The notes beneath the pieces are model-generated. The model ran no database searches. It had not been told where the DNA came from and saw only the letters and a list, made by a program, of their open reading frames with translations. A stretch of 64,000 nt of DNA, from NCBI RefSeq assembly GCF_009834535.1, contig NC_045696.1:16184001-16248000 (forward strand). Direction: 5' to 3'. Position 1 is the first letter of the stretch. Each line of letters opens with the position of its first letter. The stretch is from Camelus ferus. Lineage: Eukaryota. Of this stretch, positions 12,558-26,093 are shown piece after piece. The translations under genes were made by a program, and so were the position numbers.

Positions 12558-14649
12558 GAGCTCATCTGTTGTGGCAGGTCATCCCTTCATGACCCACCAT
12601 TAACGAAGTGGAGTGCAGCTTCCAACAAATTGACAAAAAACAATAACCAATAGTGAAGACATTCTAGATGCCAGTTACCGTCGCTGTCACTTCACAGATG
12701 GTTTTTAGTCAGTTGCTTCTGCATTTTGGTGCATTGTGCTAAATAGGATATAGATATTAATGAAAAAAATCACCAGCATTCATTTGTTCATGCTCATTTC
12801 ACATATTTGACAAAATTCCCCCATCAGTACTTGTCCATAAGACATTAAAAAGAAATGTAGCTTAACTAGACTGAAGTAAACACAGCATAGATTACATTTT
12901 TATCACCGTGTGTCCGCACGATGCGTTGATAGTCTGCCAACAATGACTGTATTGACTATAAAATAAGTGTGATACAAGGGCATGTCGGGGGAAAGTGCCT
13001 TTGCCTTTGTTTTTTTTTGTTGTTGTTGTTTTTTGTCGAGTCTGGTACCACAATGATCACAAACTTTATTTTCACAGTATAAATGTCTCCTCTAACTTGA
13101 ACTTGATAAATATTTGAGTTTAGAATTCACTAGGAATTCTAATTATTTTGCAATTGGAGACATGGAGAGAGTTTTGTTTTCTTTTCTTTTCTTTTTTTAA
13201 AGTTGGGGTGGCAGTCTGTAAGCTCTGCCAGATTGGGAGATGAAGTTTTCACATCATATCTTTCTTTACAGGTTTATATTCCGTATATATAAATTATCCT
13301 CATTGCCACCTCTCAGATAAATCACAGCCATTTCGTGTGACAGCATTCTTAGCTGTCTATAAAGTAGGATTTTCCATGACAAGGCAATGGCTGTATAGGT
13401 CTTAATTTACTTTTATCTTCTGTTATCAATGCAATAGAGATAAATGGCCTTTTTTTGCAGATGAAAAGAGACCGACCAAATTTTCTTGTTAGAATCTAAC
13501 ATTAGTGTACTGACTAAATGCAAGTCGTGGGCCTCCATTTAGGGAGGCAGTCATATTCGTTACTGTTTGAAAGTGGAGTTACTTCTCCTTTTGCATCTTG
13601 AGCCCATTCCAACCTTAAAATTATGTATTATCGTAGAGATTGAGGAAGCAAACAAATATCAAAATAATAGGGGCAATTTTTCATGATGCCTCTACTCTTG
13701 ACGCCCCGTGCTTACTGCCTTTGGTATTGACTATGAAAGGGAGTACTACAATTACAGAATCAGAGCTAAAATGAGCGTTTGGTGCATTTGCAGTTAAATT
13801 TGATGGTGTCACTGATACGGAGGTCCTCTTCGTGCACCAAGAAAGTCATCTCTATTGCCTCTGAAGACAATGGCAGTCTTTACCTTATCTTGAAGTAACG
13901 TCCCTTAAAATGATTGAGTTTTCTCAGGGGAGACGCAGGAAGGAAAATGTTTCATTGGTGTCATGTTGCCAAGGATGGTGGCGTATGTTGTGGCAGGGAT
14001 ATTGGGTGCAGCACCAGGCTTTGTTAATAAATGGAAAGCAAATCTGCTTCCCTCCCCCACCATCCCCATCCCCCTCAAGAAATAGAGCTCCAGCTGGTCC
14101 TAGGAGAGGAGATGACAATGGGACGTGGAAATGTTGTGACAGGCATTGCTGTGTCATTATCAAAACTGAAATGAACCTTCACTGACACATGAAGACAATT
14201 TCTCCCTTCGTATCTGGTTGCCTGTGGTTTAGGAAACAACATTTTGTGGTTGAGAGAAAGGAGCAAATCTGTGCTTTTTCCCATGTCTCTGTGTGGGGGT
14301 GTTGGGGGCTCCTTCCAGGAGAACCTCCCTGCTAGTTTTCCAAGCCATCCTCATCTTCATCTTTCACTCTCAAAAGATCACCTTCCTTCTGTTTTGTCCC
14401 TTAGCAGACAGAATGATCCTTTTACAACATGTCACATCCCGTTTTTCCTCTCCTCCAAACAACTTCCAGTCCTTATCGTGGCTCCAAGACCCTTCGTCAT
14501 CTTTCCCATTGCCTTTCTCCCTCTCTCACTACTCTCTCCTTTGCTTCCTCAGCTCTGGTCACAGACCTTGCTCTTCCTGGAATTTTCCAGAGACCTCTGT
14601 GCTCATTTCTTCATCTGCCTGTTCTTCCAGCAGGTAACTGGGAAGTGAG

Positions 14650-14980
14650 GCTTCAGTTCAGCTCTTCGTGTAAACATCACCTTCTCATTGAGACCTAGCC
14701 TGGCCACCTACTTCCTGCTGCCGTCTCTCCCCCCACTTCCCTGGCAACCCTGTTTCTTCTTAACCCTGCTCGATTTTTCTTTTTCTCCACCATACAGATC
14801 ACATTTGAGCAATGTGATTTCTTACTGTCTTTGTGTGTGTGCGGTGGTGGTGCTTTGTCTCACTAGCATGTAATTCCACCAGAACAAAGGTCTGTTTCGC
14901 TCATTGGTTTCGACCAGACACCAAGTTCCCAGGTCCTTGGGGCTGTAAGATGTGTCGAATGGAGGAATAAAGAAATGAGC
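14650..14980 (+). mobile_element. Degenerate L2 3' end
   Basis: aacatcaccttctc...tgtctcactagcatgtaattccacc...tgtgtcgaatggaggaataa resembles an L2 terminus. Confidence 0.5.
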
Positions 14981-16512
14981 AAGTACAATGGAGACAGCAG
15001 CGTCTACATCCCAGCTGCTGTGCAGCTCTGCAAATACCTCTGGCCTCCTAGGGTTGCCAGAAAGAAAAAAAAAAAAAAGGACGAGGCTTATATATCGAAA
15101 GCATTCATTGTGCAGAAATGCCCCTGAGGTTTTGGAAGCAGTTTGTTCAGCTTGAGGCAGTCATGTGCTGTACCTGGAAACTGCACTTCTGTAGCGTGTT
15201 TTTGTTTGGTATTATATTTATATGGTATTTCTTTTAATACTGAGAATGGGTGTATTCTCAGTACTAAAAGGTGTATGTCTTGTTGTTATGAGACTAGACT
15301 ACGAAAATCAGTTTGAAGTTCATTTCAAAGTTAAAAGCCCATGCATGTGATGCTGGGATGGTTGCTAGTGATTTGGCAGCTGGAGGTCCAAACCCAGAGC
15401 TAAAGATGGTTAGCCCTGAGTCTTAAGTCTGGTTTTCTGTGGGAGGATGAACAGACCCAGAGAGCGTGCCTGCAGAAGGCGCGGATGAGCGTGTCTGAGC
15501 CAAGGCTGGAGGCTAAAAGACCATTCAGATTCAAGCTGTGTGGGCTTTCTCCTGACCCCTGTTTTCATGACCCTCCTGCGGCTGCCGAGTGCTGGTTAGA
15601 AGCCATTTACCAGATAGCATTCAAGGCAGGAAAATATTTGGTAGAAAGCAGACTGACGGTTATCATAAGGAAGCATATCTTTTGCCGATACAGGTTGTTC
15701 CTTAACAAACCAAACCCTTTCCAGTACCCCAGACATGTCAGTGGATTGGCCCCAACTGCTCTAAATAGTAACTTTATAGCCTCCGCCTGCTGGACCGGGT
15801 CCTAAATCCAGACTTCTGTGTGTGTATCTGGGGATGGGAGTGTAGGTCAAATGATAGGCTTTCCTTTCTGCACAGTAAAGGTAATAGGGTAATGTTTTCT
15901 TCTCCCACCTGTTAAATGAGAACACCTGTAAAGTGCTTGGTGCAGAGGGCCCTAATGAATGGAGGCTATTCTGATTTGGCCAACCTGGAAACTGGAGCCT
16001 GTATCTCTGTTTCTAAGGCACCGCAGAGGTCTCCGAACAGGGTAACTGATCGGTGGTAGTTTCAAAAACACAACTAAGATAAACCTTCCTGTAACACTTT
16101 TTTTTTTTTCAGATTCTTTTCCATTCTAGCTTACTACAGTTCAATAAAAAAAATAAAATTTAAATAAATAAATATGCCCTCCTAAGGACAGGTTGGTTCT
16201 CCTTTCTAAGTGGTTAGTGTTTTAAGTGACCTGGGAGATACCTGACATTCCTGGTCCTGTGTGCACGGGAACACACCTGATGTTCCCTGAGCTGCTCCTC
16301 TCACAAAAGGAAGCACTTGAAGGGCAGGGGCCTTAGGGTACAGGCTTCCCGCCCCTGCCCACCATTCCTGGTTATCAGGTCTCTGGCCTACCATGGACTT
16401 GATCACAGAATGGCAGCCAGTCCTGGTATGACCACGTCTATAGGATGTAGGAAAACTGGGGAAATAGAAGCTGAGCTGTCTGTACAAACTCCTACTTGAA
16501 ATGTTCTCCCCT

Positions 16513-16563
16513 TAACTCTATTCCACATCTTGTGATAACCTATAATGGAAAACAGTCTGAAAA

Positions 16564-16603
<40 letters not shown>

Positions 16604-16686
16604 ATATATATATATAATTCAATCACTTTGCTGTACACCTGAAACTAACACAATATTGTCAATCAGCTGCATTTCAATTAAAAAAA
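16513..16686 (+). mobile_element. 5'-truncated L1 3' end with internal (TG)n/(TA)n microsatellite
   Basis: tcttgtgataacctataatggaaaa...tcactttgctgtacacctgaaactaacacaatattgtcaatc...caattaaaaaaa. Confidence 0.85.
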
Positions 16687-16766
16687 CAAGAACTGAATCA
16701 ACCAGAACCTTGATCTTGACTTCCAAGTCTCTAGATCAATGAGAAATAAATGTCTGTTGTCCAAGT
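16687..16766 (+). mobile_element. MLT1 (MaLR) LTR fragment containing its poly(A) signal
   Basis: accttgatcttgacttccaagtctctagatcaatgagaaataaatgtctgttgt resembles the MLT1 LTR around AATAAA. Confidence 0.75.
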
Positions 16767-17154
16767 TCCCCTCCCAAAAGGTTCTCCCCTCTTCTCCTCA
16801 CCAACTGCGAGCCAGTGATAATAAAATACTAAATTCATTTACAGATATCAAGATGTACCATCATTGTTAGCTCCTTCACTGGACAGTGATCTGGTTTGCT
16901 GATTGGTATGAATAGAGGAAGTTTTCAATTACTTACACTAATTGAGATGGAGGATTTGTATGAATGACTAAAAAGTTTAAAGATTAAGAGAGAGACAGCT
17001 TCTCTTAAAGTCCTCAACTAAAGGAAGTCTCAGAGGCCACTAACAAAGATTTACTAAGAAATATTTCTTAGTTAAATGGCATAAATCTGTAATACAGGAT
17101 TTGTATTCATTTCTTTGTTCCTAAAAAATAAGTTTCAATACTTAAAATATTCTT

Positions 17155-17408
17155 TTTTTTAAATTGAAGTGTAGTCAATTTACAATGTTGTGTCAATTTC
17201 TCGTGTACAGCATAATGTTTTAATCATACACATACATACATATATTCGTTTTCATTTTTTTTCATTATAGGTTACTGTAGGATATTGAATATAGTTCCCT
17301 GTGCTATACGGAAAAAACTTGTTGTTTATCAATTTTTTATATAGTAGTCAGTATCTGCAACTCTCAAACTCCCAATTTATCCCCTTCCCACCCCCTTTCC
17401 ATCCTGGG
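17155..17408 (-). mobile_element. Lineage-specific L1 3' end, 5'-truncated, 12-bp TSD
   Basis: poly(T) followed by ttgaagtgtagtcaatttacaatgttgtgtcaatttc; TSD taaaatattctt at 17143-17154 and 17409-17420. Confidence 0.9.
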
Positions 17409-19943
17409 TAAAATATTCTTAATCCTGTTAAATATACCTTGCATGCTCATTTCTTTTATTATTCTTTTATTCTTAATAATTCAAAGCTACATTTCAACTT
17501 AAACTAATGAGATTATAGTGACTCAGATTTTTCTGTTTCCATAAAACAGTAGATTTGCAAATCGTAAGAACTGGAGAAAATCTTGAGTTGGAGAACCTTC
17601 CTACATGTATAAAAACTTTCACATTTTCAGTTTTCCAAAGAGGGCACCATGCTACGGTTATAACAACTTACAGTGGATGGCTATCTTGATCAGTGAATAT
17701 AGCCCCCCAAATTTATACATTTTCGTTTGTTCAAAATGTGAAATATGGTTTACCTAATTATGTCATCCTGCCAGATTGTACTGTGCCAAAAGGACTTAAC
17801 TAGTTCTCGCATGAGCTCTACCTGTAAAGATGAGAAAATAATTAAAATCATGGGAAACAAATTTAAAATGGTAAATATCACCTCCATTTCAAGTTGGGAA
17901 ATGATTAATTTAAAAACATGCATATTGATGGAGTTTATGCAAAAAATTTACCTTTTTTAACAAACAAAAATTTTAATTGAAAATTTTTTTTTAGTCTTAA
18001 AAATGAAGGACACATTTTCAATGATCTCAGCCTTTTATGTGGTTCATACTGAAGATTTCTTAGAAAAATTAATATCACATTTCCTATCCATGGTACTGCA
18101 AGGTCCTGTGCGTGATTCATTTTCAGTGGATGTGAAATAAAAGTAGCTGGTTTTTCCTATGGTTAGCATAAGCTCGAAGACCTGAACTAGGACATAATAA
18201 TGAGCAAAGGAGGAGGGAAGGGTCCTAAAATGAATGAAGTGCCGTGTGCCACCCTTTCTGCAGGATGACGAGCACATGATGTGGCATCTCATTTTCCCAG
18301 CACTCCAAGTATATTGGCACGTTATCACCCCACTTGATAGATGAATTAATGGGAACACAGAATGCTTAAGTTACTTGCTCTGGGTCAAAGCTAGTCTGAG
18401 AAAGACTGAAATCAAGGCAAGATTGAAGTCAACGTGTGCCTGATTACACAGCTCAAGCTCCATCCTTCTTTCTTCCTTGTGCTGGTGAAATATACACTCC
18501 CTTGTCTGTTACACAGACGCCCGGGGCAGATGTCTTTCAATATGTCTGTCCTGTGCCCATCCCACATCCGCTGACTCAAAACCCCCTGGTGTTTTGAAAA
18601 AACAAATCCAGGAATATGCCTTGCCCTCTTCCTTCCGCTTCAGAGCAATATCTGGATTGACTAATAAAGCTAAACTGCTTTTATTTTTTTTTAAATAATT
18701 ATCAAAGAGTGATTGAAGTAGAAGGGAAGAAATCAGAATGAATATTTCTCTTTAAGATTAAATTCATTACTGTGTAACAAGAAAGTCTTCTTGTTTGTGT
18801 TCAAGTCTTGGAGCCTTTAGATGGGGAACACTGCAGATATTTTCTTGAAACATGTATAAAAGACATTTATCTTACTATTTAGTTTCAAAATGAGCTAGCA
18901 ATTAATTCTTCTCATGTAAGTTCTTTTTGGGATATTATATCTCAAATATAATAGTCAAGTAATTAGCTAAGATTAGTGAAGAAGAATACTTAAAACATTG
19001 GTGATAGTTGAATTACCTTTTGAATAAAACGCTTAAATTGATTGGACCTGAGAACGTAGTGAAAACACCTAATTTCATTTTTTTGGTTGAACATACTTTC
19101 TTATTTAAATCAAAATCTTTTCTTTTCACATTAGCCTTATTTAAATAAGCTCATAAATGCTCTGAATTCTCAGTAGTCATTACTGATCTTTTGTAAAATC
19201 TGCTGGTATAGGCATTCTAATTTACTCGGCTCATGCGTTTAAGACATTTTAGCTTTATAGTACACTCTTCAATTTTATGAGTGTTTATTTTTCCACATAA
19301 TATAGCAGTATATGTTGCAGCTCAGTAATATTGTTCAGCAATATTCGTGGAATTTAAAATAGGAATCACTTTCTTTTTGACATCTAGTATAATGAATTGG
19401 TTGAGTGTTACCAAATTTGTGAAGGCAGAAAGGTCCTTTTGTGATTCCAAGAATGAATTTATTGACATTTATGAGTTTTTTAATAGTGTTTCAACTACTT
19501 TCTCACCAGGTATCTAAAATATGTAGTGTAGGATTTATCTTTACTCTGAGGTGCAGTTATTCTGCAACAGGCTGATTTCCAGATTTCTTTGATTTTTGCA
19601 GGAATCTTAAGATGTGATCTTGATACCACCATTTACTTTCAAGATTATTAACAATCCATCAAAGCAGAGGGATTTGATACAACATGTCTATATGAAACAC
19701 CGACTGTTTTTGTGCTGTGCAAGCTTGTTTTGCAGAGAATTTTAAATATAATACTGTAGTCACAAAATGGACTGTGTTCAAGATTTTCCTTCACCCTCTC
19801 TTCGAAAGGGGTGAAAGATATCCCTACTGTGCTGCGAAATGTCTTATGTTCTCCTGAACAGCATTAACATCTTCTGTGTGTGCTGCTTTACTAAATTCTT
19901 TGTTCTGGAATAAACGGAAAAAAAGGGCTTTTCTTGGAAATGA

Positions 19944-20174
<231 letters not shown>

Positions 20175-20623
20175 TGAAATGCCCCCGTGGAGAGATTCAG
20201 GAAAGTGAGTAACTAAGATTTTGTAAGCACCAATGAAGCTAGACCTACACCTTTCTTGGTGGTTTGGTCACTCTGTGTTTAGGGTAGTCCTGTAACCATG
20301 GTGTTGTAAATTAAAATCTCTTCAAATGTTCCTTAGTAAAGATGATTATTTTTGTATTAAATGCCAGATTATTAAAACTTTGATCCTAACATTTCTTACA
20401 AACTTAATTCATGGGGCCGGAGGCACTTAAAACCAAAGTGAACCATCATGATCATTTCAGCTGGTCCCATGAATGACAGGTAATGTAATAAAGGTTTAAG
20501 GGTTCGGCTTCCCACTCTAGAAAAAAAGGAATGTAAGGAACACAAAGAGGCGTTTGGAACCCAAGCCTTTCTTGCTCCTAGAACAATGCTCTTTTCACTA
20601 CATTGTGCTACAAACCCTGTTTT

Positions 20624-20745
20624 GGGGAGGGGAGGGTAATAAGGTTTTTTAATTTATTTTTATTTTAAAAGAGGTACTGGGGATTGAACCCAGGACCTCA
20701 TGAATGCTAAGCATGTGCTCTGCCACTGAGCTATACCCTCCCCAC
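20624..20745 (-). mobile_element. tRNA-derived SINE, Vic-1-like (camelid)
   Basis: Reverse complement reads GGGGAGGGTATAGCTCAGTGGCAGAGCACATGCTTAGCATTCATGAGGTCCTGGGTTCAATCCCCAGTACCTC (A and B boxes) followed by an A-rich tail. TSD caaaccctgtttt (20611-20623) / caaatcctgtttt (20746-20758). Confidence 0.85.
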
Positions 20746-21279
20746 CAAATCCTGTTTTGTTTTAATCACGTTCTTTATGAAACAAATTGAAAAATATGTT
20801 ACGTTGAAAACATGGCTAATTTACATGTAATAATATCAACTCACCTTAAGCTGTGCCTGCTGCGAGGTGCTGCATGTTGTATTAAAGATAGGTCACACTG
20901 AGAGTTTTAGCCCTTTGTCAGATTCTTCATTCAATCATTCATTCAGCAAATATGTATCCAGCGCTTATTTGCCGGTCACCGTTCCAACTCGTCGTTTCTA
21001 CCCTTAAGAGTGAATGTGAAGAAATAACAGGAAAAGTCAGATTCAAGGACACATACATGAGTGAATGAAGAACGACCTCAGATTAAAGTCAACCACTCCT
21101 TTTTGGCGTTAATATTGTGTGTAAACATCAGAGGGTGTAACTAAATTTTGTCATACTTAGCACAGATACTTGAAAGTTCTCATGATTGGCTCTAACCAAG
21201 ATTCATAAAAGAGTCTGCCATATTTTTTCCAAGATCATAAATAATAATAATAATCATTTAACAGATTGCATTAATGATA

Positions 21280-21823
21280 CCTTTTTATTTTCTGATGATT
21301 TGACATCTGAGGCCTCACTAACCCCAGGCAGATTGTCGCTCCCAGGATTGGCCAATTCTTAGAGATATGGAATGACTGGTCTGCAAGCTGACCTTTCACT
21401 GTACCAACCCACCAATCCAAAGCTCATATGCCCTGAGTACCTTTTTTATCACTCTCTTAAACTTCTGCCTACTATCCACCTGCCCCACTCACCCCAAGGC
21501 TAGGTACCAGACAACTAGAGACAACCCTTATACCCCAGAGCCCACCAGAATTTTTCAAACTACTCAATCCTTAAACCCGCTCAGCCTGCTTACCCTGCTT
21601 TGCACATTCCTTCTCACAAAACCACAATAAAGGCTCCTGCCCACGGTTTTCCTTCACTCCCTCTTGCCTCCTGACTGACCCTGGTGCTTCCCTGGGTGGC
21701 CCCCTCATGGCATGACATGCCACCTCCTCTTGGGAACTGTGAATAATAGTCTTTTCAGTGGCAGCTTCCTCCTGATCTGTTGGCTTCACCATACCTAAAT
21801 AATAATGAAACCTATATTTAAGC
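21280..21823 (+). mobile_element. MER74-like solo LTR (ERVL class)
   Basis: tttctgatgatttgacatctgaggcctcac...ggtaccagacaactagagac...accacaataaaggctcctgcccac...ccatacctaaataataatgaaacct matches the recalled MER74 consensus. Confidence 0.8.
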
Positions 21824-22139
21824 ATAGAACTACTACTGTATCTAAAAAGACATAATTCCTTTTTTTTTAAGATGAGTGACCACAATACTTGGAACTACTT
21901 AGGAATCATAACACTAAAGGGAATAAAACCTTCTAATTTCAGTACTTTGGCTCTGGGATATAATGTACAGTTCTAGTTGTTGCCCGTGATGAGAACTTAA
22001 AAGTTGGACTTCAGAGTTGAACTAGAAAGCTAGCTAGACTGGAATAGTGAGGTTTCACCTGAAGCCAGTTCTTCTGAAAAACAGGAGTTTTCCTCAGGAA
22101 AGACGCAAGCTGATAGATCGTCACTGTTAAGAAAGCATA

Positions 22140-22425
22140 ATCGGTTTACAATGGTGTGTCAATTTCTGGTCTACAGCACAGTACTTCAGTCATTTAGGAG
22201 CATATATATATTCGTTTTCATATTTTTTTAATTACAGGTTATGACAATGTATCGAGTATAGTTCCCTGTGCTGTACAGTATAAATTTGTTCGTCTATTTT
22301 ATATATAGTAGTTAGTATCTGCAAATCTTGACCTCCCAATTTATCCCCTCCCACCCTCTTACCCCCAAACAAACATTGTAAACTGAATATACTTCAATAA
22401 AATATATTAAAAATTTTAAAAAAAG
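22140..22425 (+). mobile_element. L1 3' end with 5' inversion (twin-priming structure), 11-bp TSD
   Basis: Antisense L1 3' UTR at about 22141-22366, then the sense terminus aacattgtaaactgaatatacttcaataaaa and an A tail. TSD aagaaagcata at 22129-22139 and 22426-22436. Confidence 0.85.
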
Positions 22426-23949
22426 AAGAAAGCATAGGATGACTGTCAGCGCCATGCTTACCCCTACTGAAAACACATCTTTCAGACTTAAATCCTATTT
22501 CACTGCTTGTTTCTGAAGCTTTCAGAACCCTCATTGCCCTCAAAATCCATTTGTGGGGCAATGAAGCCCCCTGAAAGAATAATAACCAAAAAAGCACTGA
22601 ATGCTCAGCATGGCATTTCTGGTGCCTGCCCCCTCACCCGAACCCCCAACACCCCGACTCCAGGCTCCCTCCTTCCTCTCCCACCTGTGTTGCTGACTAC
22701 TGACATTGTCATTTGTGCATCGTCACACTCTGCTTAGCGTGTGCTGAACTCATCTTGGACTTCCCTTTGCTCTCAGCCTTGATCTCTGGAAATACCCTCC
22801 CACTCTCCTTCACATCGGCAAATCTCAGCCATTCCCTATAGTCACATAGTCCTCAGAACAGGACAAGCAGCCATCGCCCTTTGCATTTAACTCTAAATGT
22901 TTGCTCACCAGTTTTATCCCTCCAGCTGGATTGTAAGCGTTTCGTCCCTGTAAGTTTATATAAGGCATCTTACTAACCTTGCATATTTCTATCTTGAACC
23001 CACTTAGTCATTATATTTTTAAAAAATATAAAACCTGAATTTTTTTCCAGTATTTATTGGTCGTTTTGATTCTATTAATAAAATTAATTTCAAATACTCT
23101 GTTTCATATATTACAGATCTTTCCTAGAATAGTGGCTTAATTTTATTTTAGCACATCTACATAAACCATGACTTAGTTCAGATGTGTTTTGATGGACGTT
23201 CTTCATCTTTTTAGTCATTACCTAATATCTGAGATAATTTAAAGGTTGTTGTCCTGGAGCAGAGAATGTTGTCTGTTAGATTCCAGTGATGATAGGAAAG
23301 GGAGATGCCTGGGATCAACATTTATCATCATGATCTCTGGTACTGAGTGCTGGAGACCGTTTGACTTTGAACTTGCCTGCCTTTTAAATCTCTCTATATT
23401 AATTGTCGTATTCTCCACGTGAAACAGCCAAGTCTTTGAAGATCCATAAATCTGGATGATACAGACACTTTTGTGCACGCAGTGGAAAATTGCTTTATCA
23501 GACTTTATGGGGCTTCTGCAAAGTCCAGATCCTGAGAGTTTTTTAATTTAAAAATTTTAGTCTTTTAAAATGATTTTTATTGTAGTTTTCGTTATTATTT
23601 GTTTTCTTCCAAATACAGAGGATTTGGGATTTTTTTGGTATTTGGTGTTGTTGGGGCTGGTAATAACTCTTAACTTGTACATTTATGTTGCTCTGTGTTA
23701 TGAATGGTATCTAGCAAATAAAAGAATCCGACTAATCTTCTATTACATATGGGATTTTAACAGTTTTAACATATCCTTAAAATATGGTTCTTCAGAACGG
23801 AGGTTGACCTTTTTCTCTAAACATATCATTTTTAAGAGAAGCGTCAGCATCTTAGGAACAGCCTTTTCTCCTGTCACCAAGTATAAATAAATGTAGCTCA
23901 CCTGTTGGGTTTGCCGTTTTATCCTGGCACATTTGGCCACAGGGGACAA

Positions 23950-24170
23950 AAGCATGGTCTTTGGAGCCATGGAGATCTCGATTCATATCCTTCCTGCTCC
24001 ATTTTTTTCCTGCATGACTCTGAGCGGGAAACTTAACCTGGTCCGCAAAGTGGGGACAGATAGTCACGCGGATTCTCACAGGCTGATGTGAGGAATCAAT
24101 TAAACAAGACAGATTTTGTAAAGCTCTTAATGCTGGAGCTGGTGTTTAGCAGGTCAGCGGTGATCTATTA
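23950..24170 (+). mobile_element. MIR SINE (degenerate)
   Basis: agcatggtctttggagcca...tgactctgagcgggaaacttaacct...tcacaggctgatgtgagga...tgtaaagctctta. Confidence 0.65.
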
Positions 24171-26093
24171 TCTGCTAGGCCTAGTGTGATGGTGTAGGTG
24201 AACTGTTTTCTTTGCAAGGGTGTAGGAAATTATTAAATTGCACTGAGAATCGAAATTTTACTTCATTTCTAGAGGACTGCTTATTTTCACTTCATGAGCC
24301 AAATCAGTCTCCTTAATTATTCCGTGGATTTCAGCTCAACGCTGAGAGCCCATGTTCTGAATATACAACGGGAGATGGTGAAAGTGTACATGTTATGAGG
24401 AAAGTTCGTTTTGCACATTCCAGTAAGACATGTGACTTCTCTCTCAAACTAATTCTGAGACTGCTTGCCTGAAGAATTCATGGTAGAATGCCACCACTGT
24501 GAACGTTCTCGAAGCAGGAAATGGAAGTATTCTTCTTGCAAGGCTTATCTCGTGTAGAAAGCAAAAGTAGCTTCAGTAGCCCTCATCTCACAAGCGCCCT
24601 TTCTTAACTCCTCGAGCCAGCAAAGCATCGGGGGCAAAATGCTTCTTTACTTCTCTATTCTGTTCTTGTTCATAGCAGCCGGGCATTTTCCCCAATTTTG
24701 CTGTAAACGTGTGAGGTTATTTTTTAAATGCTCTTCCCTTGAAATAAAGAATTCATTCCATTCTTTCTCCTCCATAATTTCCTGAAAACAACACGGGGAA
24801 GCTTGTCTTTTATGCAACGAATCAATGCTAATAGACGATAAAGTATCTAATTAAAAACTGACATGATGATTCGATATGCATTCTCATAGAATTCTCTATC
24901 AATAGTTTTTTTATTCCAAGCCTCTTTTTTTGCAATCTTGAAGGATGTCAGAAAAAAAATCTGTTCTTTAGGACTAAACACCTATAAATAACAGGCTCTT
25001 TTGGTATAGAAATCAAGTTCTCTTGTGCTTTGTGTGTCCACAAAGTATGTAAGTACACAGCTGTCAACAGACCATTATTTTGCTTACTGGAACTTTCTGT
25101 CCTTTACATTACCTAGCTTAGGTACAAGCTGCATTTAAAAAAACTCAATTTGTCAGGGAGTAGTAATGCTTGAAAAGGATGCTGTAGGTGGTAAGAATCT
25201 ATTTCCTTTCTCAACAACATGCACAGCTGTGGACTTTTCCTCTTTGCATTCAGATCAGTAAGTAAACTTCTCTAGAGAAATCGTGAGTGAACATCATAGA
25301 TGAGAGGGGGAGGAAGCCTTATTTTCCTACAAAACGGATGCGCCTGGTTACTGAATTAGTGTTATTTGCCGGGAATGTTTTCGCTACATTCAGAACATTA
25401 CAACATGTACTTTCTTGGAATTTCTGAAAGGATTTGGAGTGTTCTTTGCCGTTTGTGATGCGAATTGGCAATCAGAAGCTTCTAATGTGACCAAGTTGGT
25501 AATCAAAGGGGTCTTACTGCCCACGGCTCTTCAGTGCAGTGGATCTTGGGATTTCTGACAACAGAAGTCTCCTTTTCCTTCCTCCACTGGTACTTCTTTT
25601 TGGCATTGTGTCTACGGTGTGTGTACATATGTATAAAATGTTATATATGATTTTCCCCTCTTCATACTGTTTGAAAAGTATACAGTCTGAAATTGTATAA
25701 CTTGCTTTCACAAAGGACTGAAGCCAGCATATTGAATTTTAATGTTGGAAAACCTTGTTCAGGAAATATATGCCTTTTATGAACCGTTGACATTTGTACA
25801 CATCAAATAAAATGACTTTCAGCCATTTCTCAGGAAAATAAAAAGACGAACTTTGTTGTAGAGGGCCACATGCCTGCAATAAACGTGAACATGTGTGTTT
25901 AACGTACTGCTGTGATAGATTATTTACATCTTGGTGGGAGGTCAAATATTATTGAGATAGGAATGGAATGTGAGCATCTTTAATGTTTAAAATGTCAAGT
26001 ATAGAAGAAGAACACAGCAATCTATCTCACTAAATCTAGATTTGAAAAAAAGAACTGATGGTTTTAAATTTAAATGAGGTCCTTGTTTTGTAG

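Noticed and set aside
13910..14873. Several hydrophobic or Pro/Ser-rich ORFs
   Set aside because: They arise from pyrimidine-rich, L2-like degenerate sequence and show no protein family resemblance.
20670..20743. Genuine tRNA gene on the minus strand
   Set aside because: It has a SINE tail and TSD and imperfect stems, so it is a tRNA-derived SINE head.
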